A DNA stretch of 57,029 nucleotides from a virus. Shown here piece after piece: positions 32,056 to 41,677 of this stretch. The notes beneath the pieces are model-generated. The model made no database searches, was not told the DNA's origin, and saw only the letters and a program-made list of their open reading frames with translations. The position numbers and the translations under genes are program-made. Position 1 is the first letter of the stretch. Each line of letters begins with the position of its first letter. The stretch lies in IMG/VR virus record IMGVR_UViG_3300018017_000001. One strand, written 5' to 3'.

Positions 32056-32592
32056 ATGTCAGTCCTAGAACAACGGCTCCCTTGGAATTTCATCCCCGCC
32101 GATGGCATCGGGTATGTGAATAGCGAAGACTTCCTGACTTGGCCGGACGGTGTCGTGCTGCACTTTATCCGAACATTTGAGACGCATAGATATCAGAGTT
32201 GGCGAAACTTCAATAATCTCTGGCGCTCAACTCTGGGGCTAGACAGCACACATGGTAAGCGCGTGAAAGACTTCGGATGTGGATTCGGGATCGAAGCTCT
32301 GCAATTTGCCAAGAGCGGGAACGAAGTCCTCTTGTCCGATATTTTCCCTTCTAACGTGCAGGCGGCAGAACGAGTGCTTAGGCTCTCTGGTTACACACCT
32401 GCCCCTGATGGTCCGGTGGATGTGTTCTATTCCAATGGGGTACTTCATCACTCGCCGCAGATGCGAGAACTTCTAGAGAAAGAAGTCGCCAACTTAAATC
32501 CAGGAGGAGAAGTCAGATTGTTGCTCTATTCTGACCGGGCATGGATTCTTACGACAGCAACCAGAGTTCCGCCTATCGAGGACGATGTCTAA
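32056..32592 (+). CDS. Class I SAM-dependent methyltransferase, terminated by an in-frame TAA
   Basis: VKDFGCGFGIEALQFA, LLSDI, FYSNGVLHH, LNPGGEVRLL. The same frame continues after TAA 32590..32592 (see next feature). Confidence 0.6.
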   Translation: MSVLEQRLPWNFIPADGIGYVNSEDFLTWPDGVVLHFIRTFETHRYQSWRNFNNLWRSTLGLDSTHGKRVKDFGCGFGIEALQFAKSGNEVLLSDIFPSNVQAAERVLRLSGYTPAPDGPVDVFYSNGVLHHSPQMRELLEKEVANLNPGGEVRLLLYSDRAWILTTATRVPPIEDDV

Positions 32593-32766
32593 ACACATCC
32601 TGCCTTCAGGCAATTCGTCGCGCAGATGGATGATGTCGGAGAGTACGCGGACTGGTACAGCCGCGAGAAACTGGAATACCGAGTTAAAGATTTACTGACA
32701 GTGAAAGAGTTCAATTACATCACGCTGGACGGACGCTATGCCACGGCTATTCTGGAGCCTGTCTAG
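32593..32766 (+). other. In-frame continuation of the methyltransferase ORF after the TAA
   Basis: It translates to THPAFRQFVAQMDDVGEYADWYSREKLEYRVKDLLTVKEFNYITLDGRYATAILEPV. Its TAG overlaps the GTG start of the next gene by 1 nt (TAGTG), which is the coupling pattern typical of this genome. Confidence 0.5.
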
Positions 32767-34130
32767 TGGCTAAGGTCTGCCTGCTCGACTCCCCCAGCTG
32801 GCTGCTTTTCAACCCGCTCAGCTTCCTCCACCTCGGGGCGCTCTATTTGGCCGGTTCGTTGCGCGAAGCAGGCCACGACGTTCGCGTGCTCGACTGCCAC
32901 CAGATCACGAGCTGGAACCGAGAGAAGAAAGAACTCATCATCCACCACGAGATGCTGGAGCCGTGCGACGTTCTCGGCGTCTCCGCGACGACGGCAAACG
33001 TGCATTGGGGAAAGCAGTTGGCGAAGGCGTGGCCCGCGAAAGTGAAAGTTCTCGGCGGATCTCACGCGTCCTACATCGTCAACGGACCACATCAGCAGTT
33101 CAAGCGGGCAAGCTACTTCGACGGATTCGACTTCCTGATGGTGAACGAGTCGGAGCATTCCTTCGCGGAGTTCTGCGGCCGCTGGGACCGAGGCGACGTT
33201 TCCGGGACTCCGAACCTGTGCTGGTTCAACGCGCTCGGGATGCTTCAGCAAAACCCTTGCTCGCCGCTTCCTGACGTGAATGCTCTGCCCGGTCCTGCGT
33301 TCGATCTGTGGCCGACGCCATTCTATCGCGGAAGGTTCACGACGAAGGATTACGACGGGCAAGGCGGACAGGGGATGACGGCGCAGTTGTTCTCGGCCCG
33401 CGGGTGTCCTTACGGATGCAGGTTCTGCGCCGACGCGCGGACGAAGATCAGGGAAGAAAGTTTCGAGCAGATCGAGAAGCAGGCAAAACAACTGGCATCT
33501 CTCGGAGTTTCTTGCCTTCGCATCTACGACGACGTGTTCACGATCAAAGCGGACCGCTGCCGCAGGATCGCCGACATCCTAGCGGACTACGGCATCTGGT
33601 TCCGGGGCAACACTCGCGTGAACTTGACTGACCGCAGCTTGTTCGAATATCTCGCCAGCAAGGGATGCGTCGAGATGGGGTTCGGCGTCGAGCATGGTTC
33701 GGCCCGGATGCTGAAGGCGATGGACAAGGGCACGACGCCGGAGAAGAACACGGAAGGCGTCAAGATGTGCCAGGACGCGGGCATGATCGCGAAGGCTTAT
33801 CTCATGGCTGGATTTCCGGGTGAGACGCTGGAGTCGCTCGACGAACTGGAGGCATGGATGCTTAATGCGCGTCCGGACGCGGTTAGTTGGAACTTGTTCC
33901 AGCCGTATCCAGGATCGGACGTTTGGATTCATCCTGAGCGCTATGGAGTGACTCTGCCGCCGAACGCTTTCGAGAAGTTCTGGCAGACCGGAGACGAAGT
34001 GACGGAAGAGTCTGTCTATCTTGATCTGCCGACGATAGGAAAAGCGGATTTAGTGCGGCGCTTCGGAGAGATCGCTCGCGTGATCGACACGGAAATTCAG
34101 CACAGAGATCGTTCGATGGTGATGGCGTGA
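32766..34130 (+). CDS. B12-binding-domain radical SAM enzyme
   Basis: 454 aa with a GTG start. N-terminal Rossmann-like B12-type domain. SARGCPYGCRFCAD is the CxxxCxxC cluster motif. Confidence 0.75.
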   Translation: MAKVCLLDSPSWLLFNPLSFLHLGALYLAGSLREAGHDVRVLDCHQITSWNREKKELIIHHEMLEPCDVLGVSATTANVHWGKQLAKAWPAKVKVLGGSHASYIVNGPHQQFKRASYFDGFDFLMVNESEHSFAEFCGRWDRGDVSGTPNLCWFNALGMLQQNPCSPLPDVNALPGPAFDLWPTPFYRGRFTTKDYDGQGGQGMTAQLFSARGCPYGCRFCADARTKIREESFEQIEKQAKQLASLGVSCLRIYDDVFTIKADRCRRIADILADYGIWFRGNTRVNLTDRSLFEYLASKGCVEMGFGVEHGSARMLKAMDKGTTPEKNTEGVKMCQDAGMIAKAYLMAGFPGETLESLDELEAWMLNARPDAVSWNLFQPYPGSDVWIHPERYGVTLPPNAFEKFWQTGDEVTEESVYLDLPTIGKADLVRRFGEIARVIDTEIQHRDRSMVMA

Positions 34131-34140
34131 AGGAGGGCGA

Positions 34141-35415
34141 ATGCGCGTAGGTTTCGTGGGATGTGGAAAGTTGGGACTTATGGTCGCTCTTGCCACGGAG
34201 AGCAAAGGCCACGAAGTCAAGGGTTACGACATCGATCCGAAGATCGCGGGGTACCTCAAGAACCGTGAGATTCCGTTCGAGGAAGAACATTCGTCGGAGC
34301 TTCTGGCGAAGACGCAGATGGAGATGGTTCCGCTGAACGTGCTTTGCCGCTGGGCTGACCTTCTGTTCCTCGCCCCGCAAACTCCGCACCAGCCGAAGTT
34401 CGAGGGCGCCACGCCGCTACCCGAAGACCGCGCCGATTTCGACTACAAATACCTCGTCGATTGCGTCAAGGCCGTCGACCTGGCTCTGAACGGAACGACG
34501 GCGAAGACGTGCGCCATCATCAGCACCGTGCTTCCGGGGACGCTGGAGCGGGAAGTCCTGCCGTTGCTGAAGTCGCGGTTCCGGCTCGTCTACACGCCGC
34601 AGTTCATCGCGATGGGAACGGTGTATCACGATTTCCTCAATCCCGACCTCGTGCTCGTCGGAGTTCACGATGCTTACGCATTGGAAGTCATCACGAAGTT
34701 TTACGAGTCGATGGGCGTGACGAACAAGCTGTTCGTCACCGACCTGAAGACGGCGGAAGGCATCAAGGTTCTCTACAACACGTTCATCACGACGAAGACC
34801 GTGCTGGCGAACCTCTACGGCGAGATGGCGGAGCGGCTCGGCATGAACGTCGAGCACATCTACAAGGCATTGACTTCGGCGACGGGACGGCTGATCTCAC
34901 CGCTGTACCTGAAGGCGGGCATGGGTGACGGTGGAGGTTGTCATCCTCGCGACAATATCGCGCTCTCATGGGTCGCCCGCCAGCATAATCTTTCGTTTGA
35001 CTTCTTCACTGCTCTGATGACGGCACGGGAGAAACACTGTGAGTGGCTCGCCGATCTGATCTCGGCGGAAGTCGAAGATCAACTCGACCGCGAAGGCCGT
35101 CATCTCCCGGTCGTGATCCTCGGGCGCGCGTTCAAGCCGGAGACGAACATCGAGACCGGAAGCCCAGCTCTGCTGCTCTCGTCGATCCTGAAGCGCCGCG
35201 GCATCGCGCACGGATGCTTCGATAATTACATCCCTCGGCATCCGGGAATCTACTTCATCGGAACGCAGCACGAGCGCTACAAGCACATAAATTTCCCTCC
35301 CGGTTCCGTCGTGATCGATCCGTTTCGTTACATCGAGCCGCAGGTCGGAGTCATTCTCAGAAGCATAGGATCGGCTCGGGAAACCGTTCGGGAAGAGGCG
35401 GTGGTGAATGGCTAG
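34141..35415 (+). CDS. Nucleotide-sugar (UDP-glucose/GDP-mannose type) dehydrogenase
   Basis: 424 aa. MRVGFVGCGKLGLMVA Rossmann motif. The catalytic-Cys motif GGGCHPRDN corresponds to GGxCFPKD of the family. Confidence 0.7.
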   Translation: MRVGFVGCGKLGLMVALATESKGHEVKGYDIDPKIAGYLKNREIPFEEEHSSELLAKTQMEMVPLNVLCRWADLLFLAPQTPHQPKFEGATPLPEDRADFDYKYLVDCVKAVDLALNGTTAKTCAIISTVLPGTLEREVLPLLKSRFRLVYTPQFIAMGTVYHDFLNPDLVLVGVHDAYALEVITKFYESMGVTNKLFVTDLKTAEGIKVLYNTFITTKTVLANLYGEMAERLGMNVEHIYKALTSATGRLISPLYLKAGMGDGGGCHPRDNIALSWVARQHNLSFDFFTALMTAREKHCEWLADLISAEVEDQLDREGRHLPVVILGRAFKPETNIETGSPALLLSSILKRRGIAHGCFDNYIPRHPGIYFIGTQHERYKHINFPPGSVVIDPFRYIEPQVGVILRSIGSARETVREEAVVNG

Positions 35416-36217
35416 CGGCCAAGGTTTCGGCGGATTCTCGAAGCAGCAGATGATCCAGGTCGCGAACCTGCGCACGGAACAGCGCGCGAAGACTCTCGAT
35501 CAGGACAGCGAGTTCTACACCGCGCTGCAAGAGCTTTGCCTAGAACGGAGATGGTGGTGGCGTCGCAGGATCGGAACGTTCCAGATGACTGCCGGAACGT
35601 CGAAGTACAACTTGAGCAGCATTCAGGACCAGGCCGGGCAGGCCCTCACGGACGTGCAGCAGATCGCGAAGAACGGCTTCAAGATTTATTATCCCGGAAA
35701 CGTCGTCTCGGGAGCATCGCAGATTCCCTCGCCGTGGAACAACGTGCCGTACGCGAAGCCGGAGCCGGTCTTCGATCCCGACGTTCAGGACGAGATCCTC
35801 GCGCTGCAAAATCAATACCCTCCGGCAACGCCAGTGAGGTTCTTCCTGATTCCCGGCGAGACGATGCTGCTGATCGTCGATCCGATCCCGGACCAGAGCT
35901 ATCCCTGCTCGCTCGCTTATTGGGCCGTCCCGAACTACACTTCGGATGATTCCGACGAGACCGTGCCGCTGCTACCGAACTGGATGCAGCCTGCGCTGAT
36001 CAAGAAGCTGGAGATGCACTTCTGGGCGTTCAAGGTCAACCAGGGCGACACGTCGAAATATGAGATTGCTGAGGCGGAATACGAGAAACTGATCGAGAAG
36101 GCTTCCTTGTACACGCAGTTCGCCGACGGCTTCGTCGAGGAGTTCAAGAACAAGGACTGGAACGACTCCATCCGCAGCACAGGCGGCGGAGGGTTCGGCG
36201 GCGGAGGGTATCTGTAA
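35408..36217 (+). CDS. Virion structural protein (adaptor or tail-tubular-A-like by position)
   Basis: 269 aa with an 8-nt overlap to the upstream gene. Ends in GGGGFGGGGYL. Function is inferred from gene order only. Confidence 0.35.
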   Translation: MASGQGFGGFSKQQMIQVANLRTEQRAKTLDQDSEFYTALQELCLERRWWWRRRIGTFQMTAGTSKYNLSSIQDQAGQALTDVQQIAKNGFKIYYPGNVVSGASQIPSPWNNVPYAKPEPVFDPDVQDEILALQNQYPPATPVRFFLIPGETMLLIVDPIPDQSYPCSLAYWAVPNYTSDDSDETVPLLPNWMQPALIKKLEMHFWAFKVNQGDTSKYEIAEAEYEKLIEKASLYTQFADGFVEEFKNKDWNDSIRSTGGGGFGGGGYL

Positions 36218-39200
36218 ATGCCGTTGAAGCCTGTAGACAGTTACGTCAGCGGAGGCGTGGATTCGCGCTCGAACCCGATCAACATGCCTCCGGATTCGTA
36301 CCTGCTGCTCGAAAACTTCTGGCCGCAGCAGGACGGAAGCCTCCGGTTGCGCGACGGCTACGTTCTGTTCGCCGAAGGAGTTCCGGACGTTTCCGTATAC
36401 TCGATCCAGCCGTTCACCGGCCCCGGTCCTGCGTACGCTCCGCTCGTCATGTTCTGGCAGAACATGGTGCCCTACGTCGTTGATCCCTCGACGGGAGAAA
36501 TGACGAGCCCATCAGTTCTAGGAACTCCGATCCAGTCTTCCGCAAGGTTCTGCTATTTCTATACCGACGGACATCTGCACGCCTTCAACGGAACGGACGC
36601 GAAGTGGTACGACGGCTACGTCTGGCGGGACATCGGACTTCCCCAGCCGGACCTTGACTCCGCGGCGAACATTACAATCGTCGAGTCGGTGAACGAGTTC
36701 AGCGCGACGCAGGCTGCAGCGGTGACGTTGACGCTCGCTGGGGGAGGGTCGTTCCCGGCAGACGCGATAGGTCGGTACTTCTATGCAGCTTTCTACGACA
36801 AGAACGCGCATGAGATAGGACCGGCGACGATAGCGCTCGGGCCGAACGACGGATTCGTGCAGTTCGCGCTGAACAACGAACTCCAGATCGCCGGGTTGCC
36901 CTCGACCGCCTCGACGAATCCTTCATGGGTGAAGCTGCCCGCATTGACGCCGGACGGAGGAGACATAGCGAACTTTGTCGTCACATCTACGAAGGTGATC
37001 ACCGCAGGAACGCTCGGGTCTGCTGGAACTGTGACGCTGACGGAATCTTCCGCTTCCACCAGCGGCGGGGTGTTCTCCAGTCCTTCGTTCAACGTCGCGC
37101 TTTCCGCCGCAAATCTCAATTCTGGTCCAGCCACGGCTACGGTGAGCGGAGCGGAGCAAACAATTCCCGGGTCTGGCGCCGTCTATCAGAACACGACGGT
37201 CACGGTCACCGGGGTTGAGCGGTCGATGGAAGTTCCGATCACCGGCGGAAGTTACAAGCTGGTGTATGACGGCGGAACGCTGACGATCAAAATCACCAGC
37301 AACCAGGGTTACAACAAATCGTTCCAAACTGGCTACGCAGCGCCGTCGACAGACGCAACGATAGCCACTGCGCTCGCTTCCGTGATCAACGCGCCCGGTC
37401 TCGGCGGAGGCGGGAACGTACTGAAGGCCACGGCCTCGGGTTCGACGGTTCTGATCACCTTGGGGGCTGGAGCGGGAGAGGCCACATACACGATCTCCGT
37501 CTCCATGATTTCGACCTCTCCGTACTTCGCCGGAGTTTCTTCTTTCAATCTGTCTTTCAACAACCTGAACTTCGGCGACTTGACGGTGTACGACACCGGG
37601 ACCGTGACGGTGAAGGTGGCGGGAGTCGCCGCGGTCGCCGATTACGGAGCCGGAGACACGCCTTCGACGGTCGCAGTGAAGCTCGCGGCGGCGATCAATT
37701 CCCTGCCCAACCCCGTGGCCACCGCGTCATCCTCCGGGGCGGTCGTGACGATCAGTTCCGCGACTACAGGCGTCTACACGATCTTAACCGCAGCGGCCCA
37801 TGGATTCTCCGTCGGCGACGTCATCGGATTGTCGAACACTGGTAACGCTGCGTACGAAGGGCAGATTTTCACGATCGTGGCGGTGACGACGAACACGTTC
37901 ACGATCTTCGTTCCAAACGCTCTGAACGCGATACAGCAAGGCACAGCCCAGAAACTTCTGGCCATAGCCGACAGCGCGACGAGCGGAACGATCGCGGCTC
38001 CGAACTTCTTCACTCCTTACGAAGTGAATCTTCCGAGAGGAATCGCGGCGTCGAGCGTGGGAGGTCCGCAGCCCGGATACCAGTTCTATCTCTCGCTCTA
38101 CATGATGAACGCGGGAGGGCACGTCGGGAACCGCGTGGCGATCGGCCCGAGGATCGCGCCCGCGGTCAGAACGAACGTCAGAATCCTCGGGGCGATTCCC
38201 GTCACGGAGAACGAACAATATCTTCTCGTCGGAAGGACGGGAGATGGAGCGGAAGTCCCTTACGCTTTGATCGACGACAACGGGAACTGGATCACGGAAG
38301 TCGGGACGTTCGGGGACTGGCTGATCACGTCCGCGCAGATCGACGGGAATTCCGAGTTGCCTTACCGGAACTTTCCTCCTCCGGGGACGCTGGATTACAA
38401 CCAGCAACTCGCGAACCTGGCAGGAGGCGCCGCGCAGAATCCTCCTCTGCCTAGCACGTTCTCGATTGCTTGGGTCGAGAGCGATCACTGCTGCGGGGTG
38501 ATAGCCGGAGGGCCGACGATCTACCGCAGCGGATCAGCACTTGATATGAGAGAAGGGCAGTTCGTCGGTCTACCTGAACAGAGTTGGGATCCAGCCGACA
38601 TCGAGACTTTTCCGACGGGCGAGCCGATCACTTGCGGGCAAGGTTACCAGCAGGAATCGTGGGTCTACACGGCGGAAGACTGCGCGGTGCTCGTCGAGTT
38701 GGCCGGCGAACTGAGCTGGGAAGGTCCGTGGAACATCGGGGCGTGCGGGCAGTACGCTTGGACGCGAGGCTGGAAGAACCTTCCGTTCTGGATCAGCCAG
38801 GAGAAGCAGCTCGTCACCGTCTCGCTCGGAGGGACGACTCAGGTCGGCGGCACGTACACGGCGGATCAGGCAGGGCCAGTGGCGATTTCCGACGAGTACG
38901 AAGCCGCACTCCTCTCGCAGATCGGTGACGCTTACTTGTCGCAGGTCGAACTCGCTTACATTCGCATCCCCCAGAAGCGGGTCGAAGTGTTGCGGATCAG
39001 CTGCCTCGACGCGAACGGGAATCCGTTCACCGTCATCCACGACTTCAACCTGAGGGGCGGAGACGCTCCTTACGGGAAAGCCTATCAGGAGATTTTCCTC
39101 GGCCCGCTTTCGGCTGTTTACACGCAGCAGTTCGTCAGGGACGGGAACAACAAGGGACAAATCTTCTGCGGCGGATACGATGGAAACATTTATGAACTGT

Positions 39201-39598
39201 ATAGCGGCGGAAACGACGATGGAACGGAGTTCCTCGCGCAGAGCCTGAAGCTCGTTTACCTCGGCCCGGAACGTTACGGTGCGAACTGGCTTGAGTGGTG
39301 GGGCGACGGCACGGTTCAGTTCTACGTCGCGAAGAAACTCGACACGCCGTTCGGAACCGGACAGATGGTTCCGCTGTGCAGCGAAGAACCGATGCTCGTT
39401 CAAGGCGAGGCGGACGACAATCACTGGCAAGTTCCGATTCCCGAGCCCGAGATGGTTCACTGCTACTTGTTGACGCAGTTGGAGTCCCATTCCGCGGATG
39501 GGAACACGAACTTGAACGTTCCGCCCCACATGCCCCTCGAAACCTATGGGAGAATCTGGCTGGCGAGCCCGCTGATCGGGGATCAGAGAGAGAAATGA
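36218..39598 (+). CDS. Large virion structural protein (tail-tubular-B/nozzle-like by position and size)
   Basis: 1126 aa. Central S/T/A/G-rich beta region. No catalytic motifs recognised. Confidence 0.4.
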   Translation: MPLKPVDSYVSGGVDSRSNPINMPPDSYLLLENFWPQQDGSLRLRDGYVLFAEGVPDVSVYSIQPFTGPGPAYAPLVMFWQNMVPYVVDPSTGEMTSPSVLGTPIQSSARFCYFYTDGHLHAFNGTDAKWYDGYVWRDIGLPQPDLDSAANITIVESVNEFSATQAAAVTLTLAGGGSFPADAIGRYFYAAFYDKNAHEIGPATIALGPNDGFVQFALNNELQIAGLPSTASTNPSWVKLPALTPDGGDIANFVVTSTKVITAGTLGSAGTVTLTESSASTSGGVFSSPSFNVALSAANLNSGPATATVSGAEQTIPGSGAVYQNTTVTVTGVERSMEVPITGGSYKLVYDGGTLTIKITSNQGYNKSFQTGYAAPSTDATIATALASVINAPGLGGGGNVLKATASGSTVLITLGAGAGEATYTISVSMISTSPYFAGVSSFNLSFNNLNFGDLTVYDTGTVTVKVAGVAAVADYGAGDTPSTVAVKLAAAINSLPNPVATASSSGAVVTISSATTGVYTILTAAAHGFSVGDVIGLSNTGNAAYEGQIFTIVAVTTNTFTIFVPNALNAIQQGTAQKLLAIADSATSGTIAAPNFFTPYEVNLPRGIAASSVGGPQPGYQFYLSLYMMNAGGHVGNRVAIGPRIAPAVRTNVRILGAIPVTENEQYLLVGRTGDGAEVPYALIDDNGNWITEVGTFGDWLITSAQIDGNSELPYRNFPPPGTLDYNQQLANLAGGAAQNPPLPSTFSIAWVESDHCCGVIAGGPTIYRSGSALDMREGQFVGLPEQSWDPADIETFPTGEPITCGQGYQQESWVYTAEDCAVLVELAGELSWEGPWNIGACGQYAWTRGWKNLPFWISQEKQLVTVSLGGTTQVGGTYTADQAGPVAISDEYEAALLSQIGDAYLSQVELAYIRIPQKRVEVLRISCLDANGNPFTVIHDFNLRGGDAPYGKAYQEIFLGPLSAVYTQQFVRDGNNKGQIFCGGYDGNIYELYSGGNDDGTEFLAQSLKLVYLGPERYGANWLEWWGDGTVQFYVAKKLDTPFGTGQMVPLCSEEPMLVQGEADDNHWQVPIPEPEMVHCYLLTQLESHSADGNTNLNVPPHMPLETYGRIWLASPLIGDQREK

Positions 39599-40089
39599 AG
39601 TCGATGCTGAGGACGTTGTCGATCGGCAACCCGACGGAACACTTGATCGACAAGATCAGGGTGGCGAGCCATTTCAGGACGCGCGGAACGCCTTCGCTCC
39701 CGCAATCTCCGCGCGACGTTTTCGTGCAGAGCGCGGCCGGAGGCGTTCTCGTCACCTGGAAGCTCCCGGCGTTGCACGAGAACATCGCCGGCTGGCGCGT
39801 CTACGTCAACACGGAATCGAACCTCGCGCTGCAGATCAGGGACAAGGGAACCCGGCAGGCTTTCGTCCCCCTCGGATCGTCGACCACGGTCCCGGTCGTC
39901 AACGTGATGATTTCTTCCTTCACCACTCTTGGCCGGGAAAGCGCGAAGGTCGTCCAGCAAGGTTCCCCGGCGCCTTCTTCGGCGACGACGATCGTTCCAT
40001 CGGTTCCGCCGGGATACGACGTTGAGTCGGCGGGCGGAGCAAACCGGAATCTGATCGAGTTCAACGGGAGTTCTCAATACCTGAGATGA
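39595..40089 (+). CDS. FN3-like domain virion protein
   Basis: Start at MKSMLRTL (ATGA overlap). PRDVFVQSAAGGVLVTWKLPALHENIAGWRVYVN resembles a fibronectin-III strand pattern. Confidence 0.45.
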   Translation: MKSMLRTLSIGNPTEHLIDKIRVASHFRTRGTPSLPQSPRDVFVQSAAGGVLVTWKLPALHENIAGWRVYVNTESNLALQIRDKGTRQAFVPLGSSTTVPVVNVMISSFTTLGRESAKVVQQGSPAPSSATTIVPSVPPGYDVESAGGANRNLIEFNGSSQYLR

Positions 40090-40520
40090 TCAGAACCTTC
40101 GCGCTCGATTTCGACCGTTCGAACGGATACGCGATGCCCACGGCGAACTGCCGCGAGCTTCACAAGCTGGCCGTCGAGTTCGGGGAGAAGGAACTCGCGG
40201 TCGTTCCGAACTTCTCCGAGTACGCAAAGGTCTGGGTCGCGGCCTGCGTCGAGAACGACGTGATGAAGGAAGTCAGAGGGGCGCTCGGCTTCACGCTCAG
40301 GCCGGATTTCACTCTCGCCAGGTTCTTAGGGCGCGCGGAAGTCGCCGCTCTGTACGCGAGGGCGAACAGCTACCTCGCGGACAATGGTGCGCGCGGGCGT
40401 GAAGCCCTCGTCTACGTCAGTTCCACGGAAGGACCGGAGCAACGCTGTCCGGAATACTTAGAAACATTGAAAGCTCTCAGAGCGAAACCAGCCGACAGAT
40501 GGCTGATCGAGGTGAAATAG
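40086..40520 (+). CDS. Hypothetical protein
   Basis: 144 aa with an ATGA overlap. Confidence 0.5.
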   Translation: MIRTFALDFDRSNGYAMPTANCRELHKLAVEFGEKELAVVPNFSEYAKVWVAACVENDVMKEVRGALGFTLRPDFTLARFLGRAEVAALYARANSYLADNGARGREALVYVSSTEGPEQRCPEYLETLKALRAKPADRWLIEVK

Positions 40521-40521
40521 C

Positions 40522-40755
40522 ATGGCATTCACAACGGTGAACAACATCTACCGCGTGCATTTCCGGATCGCGCGGAAGGTCGGGAACGTGTGGAAGGAAG
40601 ATCCAGTGCAGGGCGATCACTCGGTCGTCGCTACTGACGCTCCGACTGCCGTAGGCATCGTGCAAGGATACATGGGGCACGACGGAGTGACGGTCAACGT
40701 CATGTGTCACGGCGGCGTCCGACAAATCGAATCGAACGTCATCATCGCGGTTTAA
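40522..40755 (+). CDS. Hypothetical small protein
   Basis: 77 aa. The ATG lies 2 nt after the upstream stop. Confidence 0.5.
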   Translation: MAFTTVNNIYRVHFRIARKVGNVWKEDPVQGDHSVVATDAPTAVGIVQGYMGHDGVTVNVMCHGGVRQIESNVIIAV

Positions 40756-40768
40756 CGGGGAGGCAATT

Positions 40769-41117
40769 ATGGGGGGCGGACAAATGGCATCCAGTCGGCG
40801 ATCTTCGAGTACACAGGGTTGCAGCGATGCTCTGGCTCGGCTTCACGGTTACAGATGTGCGTATAGTCTGTCACCATTGCGACAATCGGAAATGCTTCAA
40901 CCCCGACCATTTGTTTATCGGAACGCAGAAGGACAACCAAGTTGATTCAGTCAGAAAGAAACGTCACTACAACGTTCGAAAAACGCATTGCAAGCGCGGG
41001 CATGCTTACAGTCCCGAGAACACCTACATTACTAAACGGGGTGGGCGTAGTTGCCGAACATGTCACAGGGCAGAAGTATTGACTGCGTACTATCGGCGGC
41101 TAAAGTCAGGAGGGTAA
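40769..41117 (+). pseudogene. HNH endonuclease cassette, out of frame with its SD/ATG at a G6 run
   Basis: GGGGAGG-N5-ATG at 40769. The HNH frame (..DKWHPVGDLRVHRVAAM..VCHHCDNRKCFNPDHLFIGTQKDN..CKRGH..CRTCH) is the track ORF 40704..41117. Deleting one G from 40771..40776 would join the ATG to it. Confidence 0.55.
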
Positions 41118-41208
41118 GACAATAGGGGGAGGACCATCGCAGGTTCAGAAAGCCGGAGCAGCGCAGAACCTTTCCAACACTCAACAGGAAGGAGCGCTGG
41201 CGAATGCG

Positions 41209-41667
41209 ATGGCTCCGCAGTATCAGGCCAACGCAGCGTCGGCGGCGAAGTTCTACGGCAACGAAGCGAACCAAGGGTTGCCCTTCTTCGGCTCGGCCAT
41301 GGATTATCTCTCCGGGAACACTCCTCAGGCTTTCGCAAGTGCGAAGGGGAATTTCCTTCGAAGCGCAAGCTCGATGGGGGCGCTCCCGTCAGGCTTCAAA
41401 GCTGCGGGGATGAACGATATTCAAGGTCAGCAGGCGGGAACGTTCGATCAGAACATCTTCCAGACTTTGATGGCGCAGCAACAAGCGAAGCAGCAAGGCG
41501 CTGCAGGACTTGCGGGCGTGGCGCAGATTCAAAATCCTGCGGCGTTCTACGGCGGGTCAACCTCTGCGGGACAGAGCGTCATGCAACCCCTGCAGCCTGC
41601 TTACAATCCGTGGATGGGAGTTCTTGGCGGCGGGGCGCAAGGAGCGGCTTCAGCTATACCGTTCTGA
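41209..41667 (+). CDS. Q/A/G-rich virion-internal-type protein, 5' end possibly displaced by the HNH cassette
   Basis: 152 aa from ATG 41209. The frame is open from 41104 and reads IGGGPSQVQKAGAAQNLSN.. upstream of the ATG. Confidence 0.5.
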   Translation: MAPQYQANAASAAKFYGNEANQGLPFFGSAMDYLSGNTPQAFASAKGNFLRSASSMGALPSGFKAAGMNDIQGQQAGTFDQNIFQTLMAQQQAKQQGAAGLAGVAQIQNPAAFYGGSTSAGQSVMQPLQPAYNPWMGVLGGGAQGAASAIPF

Positions 41668-41677
41668 GGAGTCATCT

